Position numbers and translations under genes: made by a program
Notes under the pieces: model-generated
Databases searched by the model: none
Told to the model about the DNA's origin: nothing
Seen by the model: only the letters and a program-made list of their open reading frames with translations
Assembly: GCA_035290465.1 (NCBI GenBank)
Contig: DATDUI010000054.1
Coordinates: 1 to 40,658 of the forward strand
Reading direction: 5' to 3'
Origin: Candidatus Nanoarchaeia archaeon
Lineage (GTDB): Archaea; Nanobdellota; Nanobdellia; Pacearchaeales; GW2011-AR1
DNA length: 40,658 nucleotides
Shown here: in pieces, positions 1 to 8,916 of the stretch
Position numbering within the stretch: the first letter of the stretch is position 1
Layout of the letters: each line of letters starts with the position of its first letter

Positions 1-1
1 T

Positions 2-3000
2 TTAATTTCAACAATTTATCCTCAAATGAAAGGGACAGGAATAGCAAAAAGGATACTTGAATTAGAAGAACAATATGGAAAGTTAGATACAACAGTTGTT
101 TTTAAAATTGCTGAAGAAGTTTCAAAACAAGAATTCTGTAAATTTGATACCGTTCTGCAAGCAATTGATGCAGGAATAAGGGTAGGTTTTGCATATATTA
201 CTTTAGGAGTTGTAGCTTCACCAATAGAAGGATATACAGAATTAAAAATAGGTAAAACAAAAGACGGAAAAGAATATTTTATTGCTTATTTTTCAGGGCC
301 AATTAGAAGTGCCGGAACAACCGCAACATGTATAGCATTAATGTTAATAGATTATTTAAGAGAACTTTTTGGATATGCAAAATATGATCCCACTGAAGAA
401 GAAATAAAAAGATATATCACAGAAAACACAGATTATCATGAAAGAGTAAGTAATCTGCAATATTTCCCTTTGGAACCGGAAATGGAATTTTTAGCAAGGA
501 ATTTACCATTTCAAATAGCGGGAGAACCAACAGAAAGTATAGAAGTATCAAATTATAAAAATCTGGAACGTGTTGACACAAATTTTATTCGTGGAGGAAT
601 GTGTTTAACCTTTTCAGAAGGTCTTGCCCAAAAAGGACAAAAAGCATATAGATTATATAACGGAGCAAAAAAAAATGGTGTAAACATGACAGGTTTTGAT
701 TTTCTTAAAGAATATATTGAACTGCATGAAAAATTAACCTCCGGAAAAAAAGGGAAATCAAGCGGTGGGATACCTCCTTATATGAAAGACCTAGTCGCAG
801 GCAGACCGATTTATGGGCACCCCTCTCGATCAGGATCATTTAGATTTAGATATGGAAGAAGCAGAGTTGATGGTTTTTCAGCAGTATCATTAAATCCTGC
901 AACAATGGCAATAACAGATAATTTCATTGCAATGGGGACACAGCTAAAAATTGAAAAACCAACAAAAGGATGCGTCACAATGTGTTGCGACAAAATAGAT
1001 GGACCAATTATAAAATTAATTAACGGAAGTGTAAGAAGGATAACGGACAAAGAAGAAGCAAGAAAAATCTATAAAGATATGGAAGAAGTAATTTATCTTG
1101 GAGATATGTTATTTCCTTATAGTGATGTTCTTAATAGAAATGCAGTTTTGCTAAAGCCGGGTTATGTCGAAGAATGGTGGAAATTAAATTTAACAGATGT
1201 TTCTGAAAATAATCTCGACGAATTTAATATTTCTTTTGAAGAAGCAATAGGAATAAGCCTCAAGCATAAAATACCATTGCATCCAAAATATATTTTTTAT
1301 TGGACAGAGATAACAATAGAACAATTTAAAGGATTAATTGATTGGATAAAACATTCAAAAGTAAATAATAAATTAATTTTACCTTATAACAAAACAGAAA
1401 AAGAAATCTTTCAAATTGGAAAAAGGGCATTAGAATTATTAGGTATACCTCATGAAGTAACAATAGAGAATGTAGTAATTAATTCTGAAGAAAGCAGAGC
1501 ATTATTTGCAAATCTTGGATTGGATTTTAATTCAATAAAAAATGGAGAAGAATATTTTATCAAAGATTTTTCAGATAAAGCTTTTTTTAATAAAGAATTT
1601 GAAGAAGAAAATGTATTAGATAGAATAAATAAAATTTCTTCTTTTCAAATAAAAAATAAAGCAGGAGATTTCATTGGGGCAAGAATGGGCAGACCTGAAA
1701 AAGCAAAATTAAGAAAATTAACCGGTAGCCCAAACGTACTATTTCCTGTTGGAAAAGAAGGAGGAAGATTAAGAAATGTTTTAGAAGCATGCAAAGTTGG
1801 TAAAATCAAAAGTACTTTTCCTTTTTATTATTGTAAAAAGTGTGATCATGAAACAATTTATACTTCTTGCGAAAACTGTAACGAAAAAACAATAAAGAAA
1901 TATTATTTTTATGAAACTAAAGAAAAATCTTTTGACAAAAAAATAGAAGGAAGCGAAAAAGAAGGAGCACCTTATTACAATAAAATTTTAGATGTAAATT
2001 ATTATTTTGACAAAGCTAAAGAAAAAATAGGCATGAAAAAAAGTGAAACACCTTTATTAGTTAAAGGAATACGTTCAACATCTTCAGGTGAACACATGAT
2101 GGAGCATTTATCAAAAGGAATATTAAGAGCTTCTTATGATTTGCAAGTAAATAAAGACGGAACTATAAGATACGATGCTGTAGAGATGCCTTTAGTTGCG
2201 TTTAAACCTCTGGAAATCGGTGTAAGCATAGAAAAGTTAAAAGAGTTAGGTTATACGCATGATTTTAATGGAGACGAATTAAAAAAAGATGACCAAATTT
2301 TAGAGCTAATGCCTCACGATGTTTTATTGCCCTGTTATCCTGATTCAATGGATGAAAAAGCTGACGATGTTTTTTTGAAAGTTAGCCAGTTTGTTGATGA
2401 CTTACTCGTTAAATTTTATGGATTAGAGCCATTTTATAATGCAAAAAAAAGAGAAGATTTGATTGGCAAGATTGGAATTTGCATGGCACCTCATAATTGT
2501 GCAGGAGTTATTTGCAGATTTATTGGTTTTTCCAAAACATTAGGCTTAATGGCAAGTCCCTATATGCATGCGGCGATTAGAAGAGACTGTGATGGAGATG
2601 AAGCAGCGATAATGCTCCTTGGAGATGTCCTTTTGAATTTTTCACGTTCATTTTTGCCTGGACATAGGGGCGGAACTCAGGATGCACCTTTGGTTTTAAA
2701 TGCCAGAATTGATGCAGGAGAAGTTGATGACCAGATTCTTGATTTTGAATTTGTTAAAGGTCATTATCCTTTAGAACTATATGAAAAAGCTGAGAAAAGA
2801 ATGCATTCTTCAGAAGTAAAAGGAATAAGAACTTGCAGAGATGTAATGAAAGAAAAAAAAGACCCTTTTATCGGATTAGGTTTTACTCATGACACGACTA
2901 ACTTTAATGACGGTGTTGGTTGTTCTTCGTATAAAACTCTGGGAACAATGCAGGAAAAAGTACGGCATCAAATGGAACTTGTTGAAAAACTTAGAGCCGT

Positions 3001-3343
3001 TGATACAAGTGATACCGCAAGACTTATTATTGAAAGACACTTTATGAGAGATCTAAGAGGTAATTTAAGAAAGTTTTCAATGCAGGGATTTAGATGTGTA
3101 GCTTGCAACGATATCATGAGGCGTCCACCACTAAGCGGAGTATGTATAAAATGCGGAGGAAAACTTATATTCACAATTCATGAAGGGGGAATAAAAAAAT
3201 ACCTTGAACCAGCATTAGAGCTTGCAACAAAATATAATTTATCGCCCTATATGAAACAAAATCTTGATTTAGTAAAGAGATATATTGAAAGTATTTTTGG
3301 GAAAGAACTTGAAAAGCAAGAAGAATTAGGCAAATGGTTTTAA
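2..3343 (+). CDS. polC: DNA polymerase II (PolD) large subunit DP2, 5'-partial (frame open to window edge)
   Basis: 1105-aa ORF colinear with archaeal DP2 as I remember it. Motifs seen: GPIRSAGTTA, YGRSRVDGF, IGARMGRPEKA, a CKKC..CENC zinc module, the CDGDEAAIMLL acidic cluster and a C-terminal FRCVACN..CIKCGG zinc finger. There is no in-frame stop between nt 2 and the ATG at 26. The first ~50 aa of typical DP2 are missing, so the gene probably starts upstream of the window. Confidence 0.95.
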   Translation, partial: LISTIYPQMKGTGIAKRILELEEQYGKLDTTVVFKIAEEVSKQEFCKFDTVLQAIDAGIRVGFAYITLGVVASPIEGYTELKIGKTKDGKEYFIAYFSGPIRSAGTTATCIALMLIDYLRELFGYAKYDPTEEEIKRYITENTDYHERVSNLQYFPLEPEMEFLARNLPFQIAGEPTESIEVSNYKNLERVDTNFIRGGMCLTFSEGLAQKGQKAYRLYNGAKKNGVNMTGFDFLKEYIELHEKLTSGKKGKSSGGIPPYMKDLVAGRPIYGHPSRSGSFRFRYGRSRVDGFSAVSLNPATMAITDNFIAMGTQLKIEKPTKGCVTMCCDKIDGPIIKLINGSVRRITDKEEARKIYKDMEEVIYLGDMLFPYSDVLNRNAVLLKPGYVEEWWKLNLTDVSENNLDEFNISFEEAIGISLKHKIPLHPKYIFYWTEITIEQFKGLIDWIKHSKVNNKLILPYNKTEKEIFQIGKRALELLGIPHEVTIENVVINSEESRALFANLGLDFNSIKNGEEYFIKDFSDKAFFNKEFEEENVLDRINKISSFQIKNKAGDFIGARMGRPEKAKLRKLTGSPNVLFPVGKEGGRLRNVLEACKVGKIKSTFPFYYCKKCDHETIYTSCENCNEKTIKKYYFYETKEKSFDKKIEGSEKEGAPYYNKILDVNYYFDKAKEKIGMKKSETPLLVKGIRSTSSGEHMMEHLSKGILRASYDLQVNKDGTIRYDAVEMPLVAFKPLEIGVSIEKLKELGYTHDFNGDELKKDDQILELMPHDVLLPCYPDSMDEKADDVFLKVSQFVDDLLVKFYGLEPFYNAKKREDLIGKIGICMAPHNCAGVICRFIGFSKTLGLMASPYMHAAIRRDCDGDEAAIMLLGDVLLNFSRSFLPGHRGGTQDAPLVLNARIDAGEVDDQILDFEFVKGHYPLELYEKAEKRMHSSEVKGIRTCRDVMKEKKDPFIGLGFTHDTTNFNDGVGCSSYKTLGTMQEKVRHQMELVEKLRAVDTSDTARLIIERHFMRDLRGNLRKFSMQGFRCVACNDIMRRPPLSGVCIKCGGKLIFTIHEGGIKKYLEPALELATKYNLSPYMKQNLDLVKRYIESIFGKELEKQEELGKWF

Positions 3344-3402
3344 GAATTTAAATAACCCTTATAAAATAGAATATTTATTAAGTTCCTCGTATATAGAATT
3401 TA

Positions 3403-5313
3403 ATGGATGATACTAAAGAAATTAATGATTTCTTAAAAGTATGTAACGAAAAAGATTACCTTAAAAAAGATATAAATTCTTTTTTAATTGCAATAGATTT
3501 TGCAAAGAAAAATTTAGAAAACCGTAAAAGAGAATCAGGGGAATATATTTATCAAAATAATATAAACATCGGAATAATTTTAGTTAAATCCAATTTATCT
3601 AAAGAGATTGTGATTGCAGGACTTTTGTATGGTCTTGAAAAGTTAGTTATTGCAAAAGAAATTAAAGAAACTTTTGGAGAAGATATTGCAAGTCTTATTT
3701 TTGGGCAGTTACAATTTAATGAAGTTAAAAAAGGAAACAAAAATCTTGAAGCAGGAATAATTAGAAAAATTCTTTTGACCAGCCTATACGATGTAAGAAT
3801 TATTTTGGTCAAGCTTGCTGTAAAATTAGCAAGTTTGAATACTATTCAAGTCTTTGATGCAAAAAAGCAAAAAGAAATAGCAAAAGAAGTTCTCGAGATT
3901 TATGTGCCCTTGGCAGCAAGATTAGGTTTAGAATATATTAGGACAAGATTAGAATCATTAGCATTTAAGGTTGTTTATCCTAAACAATATTTAGAAATTT
4001 CAAATTTTTTTAAAGAAACATCTAAAGAAAGAGAAGAATTTGTAAAAAATTTAGTTGAAGAAATAATAATTTTATTAGATAAAAAAGTCGGAATAGTAAA
4101 AGTAAAAGGAAGGCATAAACAAATAAGAAGTATTTTTAAAAAGATTTTAGAAAAAGGAACATCATTAAAAGAACAGAAAGATCATTATGCTATAAGAATA
4201 ATTGTTAAAACTATAGACGATTGTTATAAAACTCTTGGAATTTTACACCAGAATTATGAACCATCGGAAGAAGGACTTAAAGATTATATAAATTCTCCTA
4301 AACCAAACGGATATCAATCAATTCATACAATCATAAAAATTCCAAAGGAAAAGAAGGAGGTGGAAGTTCAAATAAGAACACAGGATATGGATGAGTTTGC
4401 CGAAGAAGGAGGAGCATCTCATTGGAGTTATAAAAAACTGCAATCAGATAAAAATTTTGAAAAGAAAGTAGGATGGCTCAGAGAATTAATTGAATTCCAA
4501 AAAAATTCTTCAGAAAAAGATTTTATGAATGGATTAAAATTGGACCTGTTTGCAGATAAGATTTATTGTTATACTCCAAAAGGAGATGTTAGGGAATTAC
4601 CAAAAAATGCAACAGTATTAGACTTTGCATATAGTATTCATCAGGAAATTGGAGAAAAATCTATTGGAGGAAGGATAAACGGCAAATTTGTTTCATTAAA
4701 AGAACCTTTAAAAAATGGTGTAGTTGTGGAAATTGTAACAAACAAAAATCAAAGACCAAGAAGAGATTGGCTTAAATTTGTGATTTCCTCTCGAGCAAAA
4801 ACCAAAATTAAGCAAGGTGTAAAAAGATATGAATCAATTCCAATTACTCATGTATATACAGTTGAAAACAAAAAAGATGAAGATTATGACAATCTTGTTG
4901 AGTGCCCTGAATTTCCGAATGCTATTTTTTCTCTTGCAAAATGTTGTTCTCCTGTCCCAAAAGATTCTTTAATTGCAATAATGAAATCTTATAAAAACTT
5001 TTTAGTTCACAAAGAAAACTGTCCAAGGTTAAAAGGAAATATAAAAAATGCGATACCCGTTTTTTGGAAAAAAGTATTTAATAGTCCCTTAAAACTAAAA
5101 GTCTTTTCTGAAGACAGACCGGGAATTCTTGCAGATGTGCTTAATACAATCTCTCGGGAAGGATTTGTTGTAAAAAAAGCAACAGCAAAAATCGTAAGTG
5201 AAGGATTTACAGAATGTGGTTTTGTAATTATCCCAAAAGTTCTGGAAGACGTTTATGATATGGTCAATCGGGTGAAAAAAGTCAGAAGTGTGCGTAAAAT
5301 TTTCTTTGAATAA
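3403..5313 (+). CDS. Long RelA/SpoT homologue ((p)ppGpp synthetase; degenerate HD hydrolase domain, TGS and ACT-like C-terminus)
   Basis: Synthetase motifs are present: GRHKQIRSIFKKI, DHYAIRIIV, DYINSPKPNGYQSIHT, EVQIRTQDMDEFAEEGGASHWSYKK. The TGS block is IYCYTPKGDVRELPKNATVLDFAYSIH...INGKFVSL. HD-domain signature residues are replaced: HP becomes NN, LLHD..ED becomes LLYGLEK, ADRLHNM becomes AVKLASL. Confidence 0.9.
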   Translation: MDDTKEINDFLKVCNEKDYLKKDINSFLIAIDFAKKNLENRKRESGEYIYQNNINIGIILVKSNLSKEIVIAGLLYGLEKLVIAKEIKETFGEDIASLIFGQLQFNEVKKGNKNLEAGIIRKILLTSLYDVRIILVKLAVKLASLNTIQVFDAKKQKEIAKEVLEIYVPLAARLGLEYIRTRLESLAFKVVYPKQYLEISNFFKETSKEREEFVKNLVEEIIILLDKKVGIVKVKGRHKQIRSIFKKILEKGTSLKEQKDHYAIRIIVKTIDDCYKTLGILHQNYEPSEEGLKDYINSPKPNGYQSIHTIIKIPKEKKEVEVQIRTQDMDEFAEEGGASHWSYKKLQSDKNFEKKVGWLRELIEFQKNSSEKDFMNGLKLDLFADKIYCYTPKGDVRELPKNATVLDFAYSIHQEIGEKSIGGRINGKFVSLKEPLKNGVVVEIVTNKNQRPRRDWLKFVISSRAKTKIKQGVKRYESIPITHVYTVENKKDEDYDNLVECPEFPNAIFSLAKCCSPVPKDSLIAIMKSYKNFLVHKENCPRLKGNIKNAIPVFWKKVFNSPLKLKVFSEDRPGILADVLNTISREGFVVKKATAKIVSEGFTECGFVIIPKVLEDVYDMVNRVKKVRSVRKIFFE

Positions 5314-5344
5314 CTTTTTAAACAATTTTTTCTTTTAATTTCTG

Positions 5345-5641
5345 ATGACGCAAAAAGAAAAATTTCACGAAAGAGTTTATTCTAAAACAAAATCTTCTGC
5401 ACAAAGGTTCAATAATGAATTTAAAAAGCAAGTTGCAACAGGTGTAACTGCAGCATTTGCCTTTTTTATTGCATTAAGCTGGAGGACTCCAATAGAAAAT
5501 TTAATTAATCTTTTTATAAAAAAATTCGATTTTATGCAAAGTGCAATTTATTGGGAATTTCTTTCTGCAATTTTAGTGACTATTATTGCTGCTGTAGGTT
5601 TAATTTTTATTTCAAGATGGTCTTTAGAGGGTTCAAAATAA
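5345..5641 (+). CDS. Small two-helix membrane protein, unknown function (paralog of 11172..11453)
   Basis: 98 aa with a basic N-terminus followed by two hydrophobic helices. It has the same architecture and the shared A-F-x-W-R motif (FFIALSWRTP vs FTIAFTWRQT) as the ORF at 11172. Confidence 0.6.
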   Translation: MTQKEKFHERVYSKTKSSAQRFNNEFKKQVATGVTAAFAFFIALSWRTPIENLINLFIKKFDFMQSAIYWEFLSAILVTIIAAVGLIFISRWSLEGSK

Positions 5642-5652
5642 TTTATAATTCA

Positions 5653-6840
5653 TTACAAAAAATAATAAAGAATTGTAGGAATTATCAGGCAACCCATCAT
5701 ATTTGTTCTTCGAACATTTAATTTAATGCAATAAATCCCCGTAAAAGTGGAGATAACAAAAACAATCAAACCCAAAAAACCGGAAATAAAGAAAATAACA
5801 ACAAATAAAATTAATAATGTAGCAATTGAAATTTTTGTATAATTGATGTTTGTTATTTTTTGAGAGATTATTTTTGTTAAATAAATAGTTAAGAAAAAAG
5901 CGATAAACCCTGAAATCAAAATGGTTAAAATTACTAAACCCAATAATTCGGGAGTAAATGAATCCATTATTTGCTGAATTGCAACAGCAGAGCCGGTTCT
6001 GGTCTTTGAAATAGCATATAAAGAAATAAATGAAAAACCCATAACAAGAGTATTTGTCGCACCAAGTAGAACTAAAAAATCTTTATCCTTTGTCTTAGCT
6101 ATAAGATTGCCAATTATTGCTGCTTGACTACTGCCTAAACCAGGAAGAAAACAACAAAATGGTGAAGCAATTAAAGCCCCAAACATCGGTCTAAAATATT
6201 TTGTTTTTGGATTTATAATCTCCTGCTTTGGAATTTGCTTTTTATTTTTAATACTTATTATCAGCATAGAACTTCCAAAAAGACCTGTTAAGAGAGGCAA
6301 AAGTGGTTCTTTTAAAAATTCATTATTTAAAACGCATAACCCTAAAATTCCTGTAATTAAAAAAACAAAAAAAGAGGTAAATTTTTTCTTTTCTAAATAA
6401 ATTAAAAAGAATGAAACTAAAATTAAAAGATAAGGAATAAGTGGTTTAGTTAAATTGTATATACTTGGCAAAATAAATATTGAAGGAATTGCAATAAGTG
6501 AAATAAGGATAATGGAAAACAAGCTACCATAATTTGTAAGCATTACTGCCTGATAACCCTGACCCTTCTTAAGTAATTCATGCCCTGGCAAAATTGAAAG
6601 TTCTGTATCTGTGTCAGGACAGCCTAAAAAAATTGAAGGAATAAAATCAATAAATGTATGCGTAATTGACATCGCGACTATAAAAAGAATTAATATTGTA
6701 GGGTCCATTTGAGAAAAAGAAGTAAGCGACAAAGAAACAAGAAGAACCCCGATTAAATTAATATGTATTCCAGGAGTAAGACCTGTTAACGTCCCGGCAG
6801 TCACACCAAGTAAAATTGCAATCAAAATTTCAACGAGCAT
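5653..6840 (-). CDS. TctA-family / DUF112-type integral membrane protein
   Basis: 395 aa and polytopic. LTPGIH and FLPGLGSSQAAIIG motifs resemble the paired PG-loop motifs of TctA-like permeases. Confidence 0.6.
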   Translation of the reverse strand: MLVEILIAILLGVTAGTLTGLTPGIHINLIGVLLVSLSLTSFSQMDPTILILFIVAMSITHTFIDFIPSIFLGCPDTDTELSILPGHELLKKGQGYQAVMLTNYGSLFSIILISLIAIPSIFILPSIYNLTKPLIPYLLILVSFFLIYLEKKKFTSFFVFLITGILGLCVLNNEFLKEPLLPLLTGLFGSSMLIISIKNKKQIPKQEIINPKTKYFRPMFGALIASPFCCFLPGLGSSQAAIIGNLIAKTKDKDFLVLLGATNTLVMGFSFISLYAISKTRTGSAVAIQQIMDSFTPELLGLVILTILISGFIAFFLTIYLTKIISQKITNINYTKISIATLLILFVVIFFISGFLGLIVFVISTFTGIYCIKLNVRRTNMMGCLIIPTILYYFL

Positions 6841-6904
6841 GATATTTTAATCAAAAAGTGATTTATTATTCCTATCATCAATTTGGGATAAATTTTAGCC
6901 GAAA

Positions 6905-7303
6905 ATGATAATAATCTTTTTAAAGAACTTTCTGTTTAAATTTAATATGGTTCAATCAATTAAAGAAAGGTTGGAGCAATTCTATTCAGAATTTAAAACT
7001 GATAAAGAAAGAGAAGAATTTGAAAAAAATTATCAGATGTTATTTAATGAAACTTTTTCTAATGCAAAAAGAGAATTTTATAGAATTGAAGAACAAAATG
7101 AAAAAGCATATCAGGAAGCAAATAAAGCAATAGATGATTTAAGAAAATCAGAGCAAGAATTAGATTTAACCCTAGGCAAATTATTAAATGAAACAACAAA
7201 TTTAAAAAAATCTCTTGAATCTTTAGCTGATAGAATAGAGCCACAAAAAGATTTTGTTTTTTTTGATGAACCTAATGATACAAATAATGGAAAGATTCAT
7301 TAA
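6905..7303 (+). CDS. Coiled-coil hypothetical protein (true start possibly the ATG at 6947)
   Basis: 132-aa ORF rich in E/K/Q heptad-like sequence. Its stop overlaps the stop of the convergent small ORF in a TTAA. Confidence 0.5.
   Translation: MIIIFLKNFLFKFNMVQSIKERLEQFYSEFKTDKEREEFEKNYQMLFNETFSNAKREFYRIEEQNEKAYQEANKAIDDLRKSEQELDLTLGKLLNETTNLKKSLESLADRIEPQKDFVFFDEPNDTNNGKIH
7284..7303. repeat. Direct repeat copy 1 (ATAATGGAAAGATTCATTAA)
   Basis: Perfect 20-mer repeated at 7567-7586. Imperfect similarity extends a few nt on both sides. Confidence 0.9.
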
Positions 7304-7521
7304 CCTTTAATATCCTTTGACCAATCATGGTTTGGGTCTTCACCGTTTTTTATCTCATATGCTTTCAAGAGTTCCCTCATCTCTTTAATGATTCCCTGTT
7401 TCTTAACACAAGAAACTGATGCACCTCTTGTAACAATCAGGTATTCTCCAAATGGTTCCAGTATTTTTTTGCATTTTGTCAAGGCTACTCTTTTCTCTTT
7501 TAAATCTCTATATTGTTTCAT
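7300..7521 (-). CDS. Small hypothetical protein (73 aa from the internal ATG; the long form to 7605 would overlap recQ)
   Basis: ORF-track entry 7300..7605. The first 28 codons are hydrophobic AT-rich sequence overlapping the recQ 3' end, so the ATG at 7521 (MKQYRDLKEK...) is preferred. The segment is bracketed by a 20-bp direct repeat. Confidence 0.4.
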   Translation of the reverse strand: MKQYRDLKEKRVALTKCKKILEPFGEYLIVTRGASVSCVKKQGIIKEMRELLKAYEIKNGEDPNHDWSKDIKG

Positions 7522-7566
7522 TTCTATTTTATTTATTAATACTGTTGGTATAAGCAGAGCAAAAAT

Positions 7567-7586
7567 ATAATGGAAAGATTCATTAA
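7567..7586. repeat. Direct repeat copy 2 (ATAATGGAAAGATTCATTAA)
   Basis: Identical to 7284-7303. It contains the recQ stop codon at the same relative position as the small ORF's stop in copy 1. Confidence 0.9.
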
Positions 7587-8797
7587 TCCTTAAAAGGATT
7601 TTCAAATTTTGGAGAATTTAAACAGTTGTCGCAACTTTTGCAATTGTCTTCTAAGAACTTTTCCCCAAAATAGTTTAATAAAAATCTCCTTCTGCATTTA
7701 TTTGTATTGCAATATCCAATAACAATATCTAATCTCTTTTTCGTATTTTCTTTAATTTGTTCATCATCCATTTTTTCAATGAAAAATTCATGTTTATATA
7801 AATCTGATTTTGAGTAAAATAATACACACTCGCTTTTTAGTCCGTCTCTTCCTGCCCTACCAATTTCTTGATAATACCCTTCCATTGTTTTAGGAAAACT
7901 ATAATGAACTACTAATCTTACATCAGGTTTATCAATTCCCATGCCAAATGCAATTGTAGCAACAACAATCTTTACTTTGTTTTGTATAAATTGTTCTTGA
8001 TGAAATTTTCGAATATTGCCATTTAGCCCTGCATGATATGCTAAAACATTAAAACCTTTGGCCTTCAATTTTTCTGAAATCTTTTCCACTTCATTTCTTG
8101 AGAAACAATAAATAATAGAAGAACCCTCTTCATGCTTTTTTAGTAAATCAACAAGTTTCGGGAATGCATCCCTTTTTTTGATTATTATAAAACTCAAATT
8201 TTTCCTGTCAAAACTGGAAATAAAAATTTTTGGATCTATTAAAGATAATTGTTTGCAAATATCATTTTGAATTTTAGGCGTTGCAGTTGCAGTAAGTGCA
8301 ATAATTGAAATATTTGGGAATGTTTCTCTTAAATTTTTGAGTTCTCTATAACTTGGGCGAAAATCATGACCCCATTCAGAAATACAGTGTGCTTCGTCGA
8401 TTGCAATTAAACTTATATTTGCAGATTTTAAAAAATTTCTAAAGCTTTCTAAAGCCAATCTTTCCGGAGCTATGTATAGCATTTTAATTTCTCCCATTAA
8501 AATCTTAAATTGAATTTCTGCTAATTCATCTATAGCTAATGATGAATTGATAAATTCTGCCGGGATTCCTTTAGATTTTAGATTATCTACCTGATCTTTC
8601 ATTAATGCTATTAGAGGGGATATAACTAATGTAATTCCTTTCAGCTTTAATGCCGGAATTTGGTAGCAAAGTGATTTGCCTCCACCTGTAGGTAAAATTG
8701 CAAAAACATCCTTTTTCTCTAAAACGCTTTTGATTATCTCTTCTTGAGGATATCTAAATTCGTCATAACCAAAATATCTCTTTAAAACCTCTTTCAT
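7583..8797 (-). CDS. recQ: RecQ-family ATP-dependent DNA helicase (short form, no HRDC)
   Basis: Motifs seen: YPQEEII, PTGGGKSLCYQIPAL, DEAHCISEWGHDFRPSY, LTATAT, GMGIDKPDVRLVVHY, QEIGRAGRDG, and the zinc module CRRRFLLNYFGE..C..C. Confidence 0.9.
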   Translation of the reverse strand: MKEVLKRYFGYDEFRYPQEEIIKSVLEKKDVFAILPTGGGKSLCYQIPALKLKGITLVISPLIALMKDQVDNLKSKGIPAEFINSSLAIDELAEIQFKILMGEIKMLYIAPERLALESFRNFLKSANISLIAIDEAHCISEWGHDFRPSYRELKNLRETFPNISIIALTATATPKIQNDICKQLSLIDPKIFISSFDRKNLSFIIIKKRDAFPKLVDLLKKHEEGSSIIYCFSRNEVEKISEKLKAKGFNVLAYHAGLNGNIRKFHQEQFIQNKVKIVVATIAFGMGIDKPDVRLVVHYSFPKTMEGYYQEIGRAGRDGLKSECVLFYSKSDLYKHEFFIEKMDDEQIKENTKKRLDIVIGYCNTNKCRRRFLLNYFGEKFLEDNCKSCDNCLNSPKFENPFKD

Positions 8798-8916
8798 AAA
8801 TATAAATTTGAAAATAATTTTTTAAATATATATGAACTATTTAGTATTAACAAAATCCTTGATACTATATATTTTAACATCTTAAAGTTTTTATACTTTT
8901 AATATTACTTTTTTAT

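Noticed and set aside
26-3343. Possible intein or split in the PolD large subunit
   Set aside because: The protein reads colinear with DP2 motifs. I saw no intein block (no C/S...HNC-type junctions) and no length excess.
811-5325. Antisense or overlapping ORFs inside polC and the RSH gene (811..1050, 2968..3174, 3552..3812, 5095..5325)
   Set aside because: They lie wholly within much longer ORFs that carry strong family motifs on the other strand. Their translations are hydrophobic or low-complexity, as expected from AT-rich antisense frames.
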